Assembly (NCBI GenBank): GCA_001871685.1
Contig: MNVK01000096.1
Coordinates: 1 to 40,409 of the forward strand
Direction: 5' to 3'
DNA: 40,409 bases
DNA from: Nitrospirae bacterium CG1_02_44_142
GTDB lineage: Bacteria; Nitrospirota; Thermodesulfovibrionia; Thermodesulfovibrionales; UBA1546
The notes below the pieces were generated by a model. That model was not told the origin of the DNA. It searched no databases and saw only the letters and a list, made by a program, of their open reading frames with translations. Position 1 is the first letter of the stretch. Each line of letters opens with the position of its first letter. Shown here piece after piece: positions 27,147 to 36,166 of the stretch. The position numbers and the translations under genes are program-made.

Positions 27147-28361
27147 TTAAAATGATTTTAAAAACCTCAATGTAGAGCCATAATTAATGGGGGGATGAAT
27201 TTCGCTTAAAGGAACACCCCTCCTCATAAGGGATAGATATATGCCTCCTTTTAATACATCGCCTATCAGTTGAGCGCCTCTCAGAAGCCCGTCGCCTCCT
27301 GTGTAGACCTTTATCATTCCTTTCGGGGTATCCCTCTTGAATACCTTTTCTCCTTTCTGGACACCGATTGAGAGGACGGGCAATCCAAAAAAGGTTACTA
27401 CGTTCATGTCCTCAAGATGTGCGTCAAAATATCTTTCATTGTCAACCATGTTACACCCGGCAATCCATCCACTTTTCACGGCATTTATGTGTATCGGATT
27501 CACCTTCCTTATACCGCCGATTTCGATTTCAGCTATATCTCCTGCAGCATATATATTAGAGATATTTGTCCTCATCCTATCATCCACCAGAATCCCCTGG
27601 TTGGTCTTGATGGATCCGTTTTTCAACATCTCGAGGTTGGGTTTCACACCGACAGAGGCAATTACCATATCGCACGGGATGGTCTTACCGTCATTCAGCA
27701 TTACCCCTTTAACCTTATTCCCGAAGCCCCTCTTTACCAATACCACCTCTTTGGTTGTGAGTATTTTTATGCCGTTTTTTTCTATGTGTCTTTGAACGAT
27801 CTCTGCCATCTCACTATCCAGCATCCTTGGAAGTATCCTGTCCTCTCTCTCAACAACCGTAACCCTGCAACCCTTTATACATAATGCCTCAGCGATCTCG
27901 AGACCTATAAATCCGGCACCTATTACCACCACCTCTCTATATTTTTTAATCTTTGACAATATCCTGTCTGCATCCGATATGGTCTTAAAAGTAAAAACAC
28001 CATCGCCGTCAATTCCCTGTATCTTCGGGATAACAGGATTTGAGCCTGCTGCTATGAGAAGCCTGTTATACCCCAATCCCGTACCATTCGAGAGCCTGAC
28101 CCTGCTATCATCAGGTATGACCTCTGCAACCGCAGCACCAGAGATGATCTTTATCCTGTTTGCATCATAAAAATCATCCCCTCTTATATAAAGTCTCTTT
28201 TTTCCTATCTCCCCGGTCACATATCTATAAAGAAAGCACGGGGTATAGGCAGGCTCTCGTTCCTTTGATACGATCGTGATTTCGCAATCCCTATTTAGTT
28301 GTCGGATCGCCTCTACAGCGCTTATGGCAACAATCCCGTTACCTATGATTACAATTCCCAT
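27147..28361 (-). CDS. FAD/NAD(P)-dependent oxidoreductase (CODH-associated FNOR type)
   Basis: IIGNG, LIAAGS.P, VIGAGFIGLE, IYAAGD. Confidence 0.88.
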   Translation of the reverse strand: MGIVIIGNGIVAISAVEAIRQLNRDCEITIVSKEREPAYTPCFLYRYVTGEIGKKRLYIRGDDFYDANRIKIISGAAVAEVIPDDSRVRLSNGTGLGYNRLLIAAGSNPVIPKIQGIDGDGVFTFKTISDADRILSKIKKYREVVVIGAGFIGLEIAEALCIKGCRVTVVEREDRILPRMLDSEMAEIVQRHIEKNGIKILTTKEVVLVKRGFGNKVKGVMLNDGKTIPCDMVIASVGVKPNLEMLKNGSIKTNQGILVDDRMRTNISNIYAAGDIAEIEIGGIRKVNPIHINAVKSGWIAGCNMVDNERYFDAHLEDMNVVTFFGLPVLSIGVQKGEKVFKRDTPKGMIKVYTGGDGLLRGAQLIGDVLKGGIYLSLMRRGVPLSEIHPPINYGSTLRFLKSF

Positions 28362-28363
28362 AG

Positions 28364-30265
28364 CTAAATCCCCAGCGCTGCTCTCTTCTGCGCGATGTGA
28401 TCCATCATCCCTGCTGCTGCCTTTATCGGATCAAGTTCCACATATGCCTTGCCACCTGTTAGCTTTTCAAGATCCTGTGTCAACACTTTTGTAGCCAGTG
28501 AACTGCCTAAAATCCTCGGCGAAGGGGCTATGTGAACAAGCAGTCCGAGGGCAAGCAGCCATGTGCCTATGGATATTGCTTTTTCCTGCACGAGTTCCGG
28601 CGCCGAACCAGCAACCGGAAGCTGACTTATCTTTACATCAAGCTTGTTTGCAAGGGCGCCGAGAAGTGTGGCAATCCTTGAATTATCCACACACGACCCC
28701 ATGTGCCACACAGGCGGCAGCGGCCCATCAAGCCCCGCAGCCTCACCAAGGGCCGTAAGAACTGATTTCAATCCATCGCCGCAGTATTTATTTGTGGCAG
28801 CAGTGTCCATAAAGCCTGCCTGGGCACAGATGTGGGCTGTGCATCCTGTGGTGACAATTAATACGTTGTTTTTCAGAAGCTCCTTTGTCATTATCTCTGT
28901 CATGGATGTGTCCCTTAACTTTATACTCGGACACCCTGCAAAACCTACTGCGCCATAGATATTACCGTTAACAATATTGTCAATAACAGGCTTCAGAGGA
29001 TCTGATGGGTTGACCTTTTTGAGCACATCGAGGATCGCCTCCACCGAAAAACCAATAAGTCCCACTGATTTTTCCTTGGGGATAGAGACTTCCTTCCCTT
29101 TCCTTGCCTTAAATGCCTCTACTGCCATCTTCACGACCTTTTTTGCCGCATCATCTGCATGCTCTGCTTCAAAGGCGATATGTGTTGCGCCCGGCATCTT
29201 AACAAAGGACTCTGTGGTAATAATCTTTGTATCAAAACACTCCGCGATCTTTGTGGTAGACGGCCAGATGCACTGCATATCCACAACCATGGCATCCACA
29301 GCGCCTGTAAGGAGTATCAATTCTGACTGGAGATTATGGCCTGCCATCGGGACTCCACGCCTCATGGTAAGCTCATTTCCTGTGCAGCATACACCAACCA
29401 CATTTATACCCTTCGCTCCCGCCTCTTTTGCCTCATTCTCGAGCTTACCTGCCCATTCGAGTATCTTCTCTGAAAGAACAGGGTTGTGTCCGTGCATTGC
29501 TATATTTACCTTGTCTTTCTCGAGGACGCCCATATTTGCCTCTATCATCCTTGGCTTAGGTGTTCCGAACATAATGTCTTGAAAGTCCGTTGCCATATGC
29601 AGCCCTGCATAACCGTCTACGAGTCCTATCCTTAAACATGCGAGGAGTAAGTTTGTCGGGTCAGCGTCATTGCCCATGGATGTCCTGTGCATCCCCTCTT
29701 CAATCTCATTATGGGCGTTAGATACAAGGATTCCGAGTTCACGCCACATATCTATCTCTTTTTTCGGGGCCCTCAGTTTGATCCAGTTCATGGGTTCATC
29801 GTCCTGTCTTGAGAGGTCTTCCAGCGCTTTATCCACGACCTCTGAGGCAATCTCTTTATCAGATTTTCCGTCTGCCTTGATACCAAGTCCGTCGGCAACT
29901 TCCATGAGCTTATCCCTGTCGGTGATCTTATATCCAGAAGCCTTACCTTCGAGCATCTTCTTAAATGAAAGAACCACATGCCTTGCATGACCGACATGGG
30001 AGGATGCACCTCCGATCTCTTCTCTCAAAAGGTTTCTGCATACAATGGTATCCACAGAGGCGCCACATACCCCTGTTGTTGCTCCTTCACCAAAAGGGTC
30101 TATCCGGCATGGCCCCATATAACACATCCTGCAGCAGCTTCCCAGCTGTCCGAACCCACACTGGGGCATCTGGGCCTCGAGTCTATCAAGGCCTATACTT
30201 ATGCCCATCTCCTCTGCCCTGTTTACTAAAAACTGAGAAGCCTTATCAAGTGTTTTCGTTGCCAT
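28364..30265 (-). CDS. cooS: Anaerobic Ni,Fe carbon monoxide dehydrogenase catalytic subunit
   Basis: QCGFG...CCRMCYMGPC (D/B clusters); C-cluster ligands HGHNP, CCTG, DMQC, AGC, TGC, GSCVD; catalytic His and EKA Lys; GGAGG SD before ATG 30265. Confidence 0.95.
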   Translation of the reverse strand: MATKTLDKASQFLVNRAEEMGISIGLDRLEAQMPQCGFGQLGSCCRMCYMGPCRIDPFGEGATTGVCGASVDTIVCRNLLREEIGGASSHVGHARHVVLSFKKMLEGKASGYKITDRDKLMEVADGLGIKADGKSDKEIASEVVDKALEDLSRQDDEPMNWIKLRAPKKEIDMWRELGILVSNAHNEIEEGMHRTSMGNDADPTNLLLACLRIGLVDGYAGLHMATDFQDIMFGTPKPRMIEANMGVLEKDKVNIAMHGHNPVLSEKILEWAGKLENEAKEAGAKGINVVGVCCTGNELTMRRGVPMAGHNLQSELILLTGAVDAMVVDMQCIWPSTTKIAECFDTKIITTESFVKMPGATHIAFEAEHADDAAKKVVKMAVEAFKARKGKEVSIPKEKSVGLIGFSVEAILDVLKKVNPSDPLKPVIDNIVNGNIYGAVGFAGCPSIKLRDTSMTEIMTKELLKNNVLIVTTGCTAHICAQAGFMDTAATNKYCGDGLKSVLTALGEAAGLDGPLPPVWHMGSCVDNSRIATLLGALANKLDVKISQLPVAGSAPELVQEKAISIGTWLLALGLLVHIAPSPRILGSSLATKVLTQDLEKLTGGKAYVELDPIKAAAGMMDHIAQKRAALGI

Positions 30266-30266
30266 C

Positions 30267-30842
30267 TTAAACACCTCCCATTTTTCTTAAAAGTTCTAAT
30301 GGTATTACTTTTGATTTTTCCTCTTTTATCCTGCCCACTGCCATGGCGACCGTTTGTGCAGTAATCAACCTCTTTTCCTTTGAAAGATCTTCTGCCTCAC
30401 CAAAGGTCATGGCATTGGTAGGACAAGCCTCCACACAGGCAGGCTCCTTTCCTTCCTTCAATCGCGATTTGCAAAAATCACATTTCACAGATACACCTCT
30501 TTCGGTACCCATAGATATTGCTCCAAAAGGGCAGACCATGGCACACATCCAGCATCCCATACATCTGTCTTCATTGACCATGACACTGTCCATTTCCTCA
30601 TCCCTGTGCATTGCACCAGTAGGACATGCCGTAATACACACAGCGTCAGCGCAATGCATACACTTCGATGGATACGAGAAGGAATAAGCCTTTTCCACAT
30701 GCACCCTCTTTCTCGGCACAGGTTTTTCAAAGATGGCTGCATATATATCTTTTGAGGACGAATGCTCTACTGCACAGGCAATCTCACAGGACTTACAGGC
30801 AGTACATCTCTCGATATTGATAAACACCTCTTTCACTCCCAT
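30267..30842 (-). CDS. cooF: CooF-type 4Fe-4S electron transfer protein
   Basis: CTACKSCEIAC, CMHC..A.C..ACP, CMGCWMC.MVCP, KCDFC...PACVEACP. Confidence 0.9.
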   Translation of the reverse strand: MGVKEVFINIERCTACKSCEIACAVEHSSSKDIYAAIFEKPVPRKRVHVEKAYSFSYPSKCMHCADAVCITACPTGAMHRDEEMDSVMVNEDRCMGCWMCAMVCPFGAISMGTERGVSVKCDFCKSRLKEGKEPACVEACPTNAMTFGEAEDLSKEKRLITAQTVAMAVGRIKEEKSKVIPLELLRKMGGV

Positions 30843-30898
30843 CACCTCCCTTTTTCATAATTTATGGCAGGCGCTCATTCAGAAGCAAGAAATTTTTG

Positions 30899-30928
30899 AT
30901 GAACGGTCAGGATGAATTGATAAAAGGT
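30899..30928 (-). promoter_or_regulatory. Candidate LytTR-type tandem binding site upstream of cooF
   Basis: Minus strand ACCTTTTAT-12 nt-ACCGTTCAT, just upstream of TTGCTT-18-TAAATT. Confidence 0.45.
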
Positions 30929-31642
30929 TTAGATAAGAGCTAACGCCTTTTTGAGATCTTTAAGCCTTCTTCTCGCCACAGGGACAGCAGGGATCTCTTC
31001 TCTATCGAAAATGATCTGGGTCTGTCCCTTGTCATCGCGTTGTATTTTATGGATATGGTTTAAGTTAGCAACAAAACTCTTATGGACCCTGAAAAATTTT
31101 TGTCCGGTATGCCGCCTAAGAATATTCTTTAAAGTGAGGTGGAGATAATAAGAACTCCTTTCTGTAAAAACCCTGCAATAATTCTCCTCAGATTTGATAA
31201 AGTAGATAGAAGATACCTCCAGAAACAGAAATGCACCCTTATCACATACAGGAAATTTATTCAACTCTATCATTCCTGTGTTAGGGTTAACTTCAGCACC
31301 TGTCTGTTCTGTTACATCTATAAAGGTCATGGCAAAGAGTGGCTTTTTCAAAGATTCTTCTATTTCGATTCTGCATACATTAATCACCAGTACCTTGTTT
31401 AAAACATCAATGATCATGGCGACAGGCACCTCGGAATCGCAGACACCGGCCTCCTGTAAAATGGCCTCTATTTTTGGATGGCTTTTTCTCGGATGATATT
31501 GAAAAACGGTTTTTCCCATATCTGATATTGCAGGGCCTAAAATTTTACGGGCATAGGCATTCATTCCAATAACCCTATAATCTGGCGAGAGTAGAACCAG
31601 ACCGATGTCCAAACAGGACTTGGAACTCTGCAGTGTGTCCAT
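30929..31642 (-). CDS. rcoM: RcoM-like PAS(heme)-LytTR CO-sensing regulator
   Basis: PAS with QYHP.KS, a Cys and PVAMII..LNKVL; C-terminal LytTR (FFRVHKSFVANL, VPVARRR). Confidence 0.75.
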   Translation of the reverse strand: MDTLQSSKSCLDIGLVLLSPDYRVIGMNAYARKILGPAISDMGKTVFQYHPRKSHPKIEAILQEAGVCDSEVPVAMIIDVLNKVLVINVCRIEIEESLKKPLFAMTFIDVTEQTGAEVNPNTGMIELNKFPVCDKGAFLFLEVSSIYFIKSEENYCRVFTERSSYYLHLTLKNILRRHTGQKFFRVHKSFVANLNHIHKIQRDDKGQTQIIFDREEIPAVPVARRRLKDLKKALALI

Positions 31643-31854
31643 TTCAGATAAAGTATATCATAATATGGTTCATCTCCAAAGAGTTGGTATAATTATGCTC
31701 CTGCGGGAGATCAAAAATATATAATGTAAGCGGGATATTTTACGTTAAAATAGCCATCGGGCGGGTAAGTGAGCGAGAATTTTTAATTTCAAATTCAAAT
31801 TGCTTCTCCTCTGACCGTCTTTTTTCAAAGACACTAAAGCCTTTCGCATGAATG

Positions 31855-33243
31855 TTATAACTTTAACTCATACTCCTCCCCTTTATTCGGCACATGCGCA
31901 ACAAACCCGTATCTCTCTTTTATCAACTCTGAGAATTGCAAGGATGTTTCTTCTTCTCCGTGAACTACAAAGACCTGCGGGCTGTCTTTGAATGATGAAA
32001 GCCATTCAAGAAGTTCTTTCCGGTCAGCATGAGCAGAGAATCCGCCGAGCGTATATATCCCTGCCTTCACTGCTATATCTTCTCCAAAAATACGAACTGT
32101 TTTTGCTCCGTCAACAATCTTCCTGCCGAGCGTGCCTCTTGCCTGAAATCCTGAAAATATAATGCTGCACTCATGCCTCCACAGGTTATGTTTCAGATGA
32201 TGTCTTATTCTTCCGCCCTCGCACATACCGCTTCCGGCAATGATTATCGCATGGGATTTAATCTTATTCAGCGCAATGGATTCATCAACAGAATTGGTAA
32301 ACCTGAGCCTTATGCTGTCTGCCACCGAGCCGGCTGTGAGAATCCTTTGTGCCTCCTCATCAAAACACTCCGGGTGCGCAAGATATGTCTTTGTCGCTTT
32401 TTCAGCCAAGGGGCTGTCTATATATATATTGATATTGTAAAGCCTTCCCTCGCGCACAAGCCTGTTAAGCACATACAGAATATCCTGCGTCCTTCCAATT
32501 GCAAAGGCAGGGATAATAACATTTCCGCCTTTTTTGAATGTCCCTTTTATAACCTCCGCAAGTTCGTCAATAGTCTCCGGCATGCCTTTGTGCAGTCTGT
32601 TGCCATAAGTTGATTCCATAACAACATACTCAGCCTCCGCTGCAAGCGACGGGTCCTTTAATATCGGGTTCCCTTTCTTTCCGATGTCTCCTGAGAATAC
32701 TATCTTTTTTTCTTGGCGCCCGTCCTGAAACCATACCTCCAGAGTGCCTGAACCGAGGATGTGCCCTGCATCCAGGAATCTGAACTTTATCCCCTTCCCT
32801 GTGTGCTCAATCTTCCCATAAGAAACTTTCTTGAAAAATGGTATTGAAGCCTTAACGTCATCCACTGTGTAGAGTGGAAACACAGGTTCTTTACCTGCCC
32901 TCACCGCCCTTTTTGTATGCCATTCAGAATCCGTTTTCTGAATATGCGCTGAATCATAAAGCATAAGTTCTGACAGGTCTGCAGTCGCAGAGGTTGTGAC
33001 TATCTTCCCCCTGAAACCGTCTTTGACGAGCCTCGGGATAAGCCCGCTGTGGTCAATATGGGCGTGCGTAAGGAACAGATAATCTATCTCTGAAGGATTA
33101 AACAAAAAAGGCGCTCTGTTAATGTCATAGGAATCTTCTCCCTGAAACATGCCGCAGTCGACAAGCGCCTTGATTTCCGATGTCCTGATATAAAAACATG
33201 AGCCTGTAACAGTCCTTGCGCCGCCAAGGAATTGTATTTTCAA
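31855..33243 (-). CDS. MBL-fold beta-CASP RNase
   Basis: GGARTVTGS, THAHIDHSG, AGHILGS, MESTYG, FSAHAD, VHGE. Confidence 0.92.
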   Translation of the reverse strand: MKIQFLGGARTVTGSCFYIRTSEIKALVDCGMFQGEDSYDINRAPFLFNPSEIDYLFLTHAHIDHSGLIPRLVKDGFRGKIVTTSATADLSELMLYDSAHIQKTDSEWHTKRAVRAGKEPVFPLYTVDDVKASIPFFKKVSYGKIEHTGKGIKFRFLDAGHILGSGTLEVWFQDGRQEKKIVFSGDIGKKGNPILKDPSLAAEAEYVVMESTYGNRLHKGMPETIDELAEVIKGTFKKGGNVIIPAFAIGRTQDILYVLNRLVREGRLYNINIYIDSPLAEKATKTYLAHPECFDEEAQRILTAGSVADSIRLRFTNSVDESIALNKIKSHAIIIAGSGMCEGGRIRHHLKHNLWRHECSIIFSGFQARGTLGRKIVDGAKTVRIFGEDIAVKAGIYTLGGFSAHADRKELLEWLSSFKDSPQVFVVHGEEETSLQFSELIKERYGFVAHVPNKGEEYELKL

Positions 33244-33383
33244 CTCATCACCTCACTTGTTTAAGTTTAACCCAGCGGCATCCAAAAAACAACAGACTCA
33301 TGCCAATTACACTTAAAAACAGATATAATACAGACAGCCTTCTGGAAATGCAGTCTTATAAATTAAACAGGAGTGTTTCATTG

Positions 33384-34280
33384 ATGAATAACAGGTTATT
33401 CCTAACAGCAATTCTCTGTTTTAACTTTTTGATATTCTGGATAGCGCCGTCTGCTAATTCTGCGTCTTATATATACACAAAGAATAATACAGTGGTCGGT
33501 TCCCTCAAAGACTACACTGTCAAAAATGATGAGTCTTTAATTGAGATAGCGCGAAGGTTTAAACTCGGCTACAATGAAATTGCTGACGCAAATCCTGATA
33601 TTGACCCATTTGTCCCGGGAGATGGGACCTCAGTCATCATATCTTCTTCTTGGATACTGCCGGATGTGAAATCATACGAAGGCATTGTTATAAATCTCTC
33701 CGAGATGAGGCTCTATTATTTTTTCAAGCGCCGCAGTTCAAAACTTGTGGCGACTTTCCCTGTAGGAATAGGCAGCGAAGGAAATGACACCCCTGCAGGA
33801 GAGTTCAAGATTGTAGAAAAAATAGTAAAACCAAGTTGGCATGTGCCTGAATCCCTCAGAAAGGAAAAACCAAACCTGCCCAAAGTAGTGCCCCCGGGAC
33901 CGGACAACCCTCTCGGCTCTCATGCGCTAAGGCTTTCATTAGGAAGCTATCTTATTCACGGGACAAACAGGCCGTGGGGGGTCGGCAGAAGGGTAAGTCA
34001 TGGATGTATAAGGCTGTACCCGGAAGACATTCCAAGACTTTTCAAATTAGCTCCGAACGGCGTCAGGGTGACTATCGTCAAACAGCCTATAAAAGTAGGC
34101 GTTAAAAACAATAAAATATTTATTGAAGTTCACAATGACAATTACCACAAAAAGGCAGCGTATTCTAATATGGCGGTAAAACTGCTCAAAGGTAAAAACT
34201 TGCTTAAAGGCATTAGCACAGAGAAACTATATTCAGCAATAAAAGAGAAAAAGGGCATTCCTGTTGAGATATCTGAATGA
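33384..34280 (+). CDS. LysM-containing L,D-transpeptidase (ErfK/YbiS/YcfS family)
   Basis: Signal peptide, LysM-like segment (IARRF.LG...I..ANP), INLSEMRLY, NPLG, IHGTN...SHGCIRL. Confidence 0.9.
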   Translation: MNNRLFLTAILCFNFLIFWIAPSANSASYIYTKNNTVVGSLKDYTVKNDESLIEIARRFKLGYNEIADANPDIDPFVPGDGTSVIISSSWILPDVKSYEGIVINLSEMRLYYFFKRRSSKLVATFPVGIGSEGNDTPAGEFKIVEKIVKPSWHVPESLRKEKPNLPKVVPPGPDNPLGSHALRLSLGSYLIHGTNRPWGVGRRVSHGCIRLYPEDIPRLFKLAPNGVRVTIVKQPIKVGVKNNKIFIEVHNDNYHKKAAYSNMAVKLLKGKNLLKGISTEKLYSAIKEKKGIPVEISE

Positions 34281-34287
34281 ACAAAAA

Positions 34288-34332
34288 ATAAGGGTTCAGT
34301 AATTATCTCCCGTGAAATCACTGAACCCTTAT
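34288..34332. terminator. Hairpin between convergent genes
   Basis: ATAAGGGTTCAGT ... ACTGAACCCTTAT 13-bp inverted repeat. Confidence 0.65.
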
Positions 34333-34344
34333 CACAATTACAAA

Positions 34345-34737
34345 CTATTTTTTCTGCTGTAATTCAAATGCCTTCTTTGCCTTCTTTGCAGAAGTCGCTG
34401 TTTTTTCTGATGCAGCTGCTGCTTTATGAGCAGCCATCTCTGCCTTTTCTGCGGCAGCCTCAGCCTTCTTTACGGCATTATCAGCCTTGTCTGAAGAGTC
34501 CTTTGCAACCTTCATTGCATCCTCAGCCAGCATCTTGGCATTCGCCGCCTCTTTCTTGGCGTCAGCCACCTCAGCGCTCATCTTTCCTTGCTGAGATTCA
34601 ATGTCTGCAATCTTTGCCTCCAGCTTGCTAATCCTGTCTGCGAGAGGGTCTACCTGCTCTTTTACATATTCTTTTGTAGCGCAGCCGAAGGAAAACAGAA
34701 GCACTCCCGTGAAAACTAAAAATAACGCTTTTTTCAT
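34345..34737 (-). CDS. Alanine-zipper (Lpp/OprI-like) lipoprotein
   Basis: MKK + hydrophobic stretch + FSFGC lipobox, Ala/Lys coiled coil, C-terminal KK; GGAGG SD before ATG 34737. Confidence 0.75.
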   Translation of the reverse strand: MKKALFLVFTGVLLFSFGCATKEYVKEQVDPLADRISKLEAKIADIESQQGKMSAEVADAKKEAANAKMLAEDAMKVAKDSSDKADNAVKKAEAAAEKAEMAAHKAAAASEKTATSAKKAKKAFELQQKK

Positions 34738-34833
34738 TTTTACACCTCCTCCTTTGCAAAAAATAGATTCATTCTTAAAAAGAATACATCTATTCAAAAA
34801 AAAATGCAACTTTTTTTTAAAAAGCAGCTCCCT

Positions 34834-36096
34834 CTAAAGCTTGGCAATCTTAATCCTGGATACTTTCCTGTCTTCCATCTCCAGGATGAGAAACCTGAGA
34901 TTGTGATACCTGACCTGCTCGCCGACCCTTGGAAGCCTTCTGAAAAGCCCGAACACAAAGCCGCCGATTGTATGAAAGTCTTCGCTTGCAAGTTCAACTC
35001 CGACAAGCTCATTAATCTCATCAATTCCTGTCTGTCCGGTTACTATGAATGTCCTTTCATCAATAATCTCAACTTCTTTTTCCGCCCCCATAGCCTCAAA
35101 TTCGTCCTGAAGGCCTCCGACTATCTCCTCAATTATATCCTCAAGCGTGATAAGGCCCGCGGTGCCTCCGTATTCATCCATAACTATGGCTATCTGGAAT
35201 TTGTTCTTCTGCATCTCGTCAAGAAGTTCCGTCACCATCTTATTTTCAGGGACATAATAAGCCTCCCGCACAAGCTCTGTTATCGGCGTATAGTTCTGTG
35301 TCTTGCCCTGCGCCATCTGTATCATTATGTCCTTCACATAAAGGATTCCGGTAATGTTATCTATACTATCTTCTATAACAGGATAGCGCGAATAGCCCTC
35401 TTCCAACACCAGTTTCAGGGCATCCCCGACGGTGGACTCTTCAGGTATGGATATTATCTCTGTACGCGGCACCATCGCCTCTGTTACAACCTTATCTCCG
35501 AATTCAAAGACCTTATGGAGCATCTCTTTTTCTTCTTCTTCAAGCGTCCCTTCTTCCTCGCCTATATTTATCATCGTCTTTATCTCCTCCTCTGTCACAA
35601 AAGGGGATACGGACTTCTTCTCGCCTCCAAACATCCTGATGATGAAATTAGACGTGATTGTAAATATCCACACAAGCGGCGAAATCAGCCTGACATAAAA
35701 CGCAATAGGCCTTGCAAGCAGTAAAGAAACCTTTTCTGAATAAGCAACCGCAAAGGTCTTCGGCGCAAGCTCTCCAAATACAACGGTGAGAAAGGTCATG
35801 ACAATTGTGGCTATTATTATCCCGTCTTCACCGAAATAGCGCAGTGCGAGAGCTGTTCCTATTGATGTTGCAAGGATTGTAAATAGATTGCCTGAGAGTA
35901 TTACTGCGCTGAAGAGTTTATCATGTTCATCCAGCAGCTTCTGCACAGCCTGGGCCCTGACGTCGCCCTTCTCCATAAGGCTTCTTATCCTTATCTTGCT
36001 TACAGCAATAAAGGACGACTCCGAACCTGAAAGGATGGCAATGGCGATGAGGGACAGAGCAATAACGATTATTGAAAATATACTGTGCGGCTCCAT
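34834..36096 (-). CDS. HlyC/CorC (CNNM-CBS-CorC) transporter
   Basis: SGSESSF, FGELAPKT, MVPR, YSRYPV, DEYGGTAGLITLEDIIEEIVG. Confidence 0.92.
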   Translation of the reverse strand: MEPHSIFSIIVIALSLIAIAILSGSESSFIAVSKIRIRSLMEKGDVRAQAVQKLLDEHDKLFSAVILSGNLFTILATSIGTALALRYFGEDGIIIATIVMTFLTVVFGELAPKTFAVAYSEKVSLLLARPIAFYVRLISPLVWIFTITSNFIIRMFGGEKKSVSPFVTEEEIKTMINIGEEEGTLEEEEKEMLHKVFEFGDKVVTEAMVPRTEIISIPEESTVGDALKLVLEEGYSRYPVIEDSIDNITGILYVKDIMIQMAQGKTQNYTPITELVREAYYVPENKMVTELLDEMQKNKFQIAIVMDEYGGTAGLITLEDIIEEIVGGLQDEFEAMGAEKEVEIIDERTFIVTGQTGIDEINELVGVELASEDFHTIGGFVFGLFRRLPRVGEQVRYHNLRFLILEMEDRKVSRIKIAKL

Positions 36097-36099
36097 AAT

Positions 36100-36166
36100 C
36101 AGTGCTCAGTGCTCAGTGCCAGCGCTCAGTGTTTCTTTGCTGACACTGTCACTATTCACTGACACT
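36100..36166. repeat. Inverted CAGTGCT/CACTGAC heptamer arrays overlapping the dehydrogenase 3' end
   Basis: CAGTGCT CAGTGCT CAGTGC CAGCGCT CAGTGT ... CTGACAC TGTCACT ATTCACT GACACT. Confidence 0.7.

Noticed and set aside
33216..33383. N-terminal extensions in the ORF track (also 6766-6795, 14304-14369, 19532-19564, 23137-23229, 34738-34809)
   Set aside because: Conserved N-terminal motifs, SD positions or promoters favour the downstream starts.
34804..35724. 306-aa plus-strand ORF and the many other antisense ORFs in the track (e.g. 9244-9837, 20077-20712, 28977-29582, 36253-36828, 39832-40149)
   Set aside because: They are shadows of well-supported genes on the opposite strand and show no recognisable motifs.
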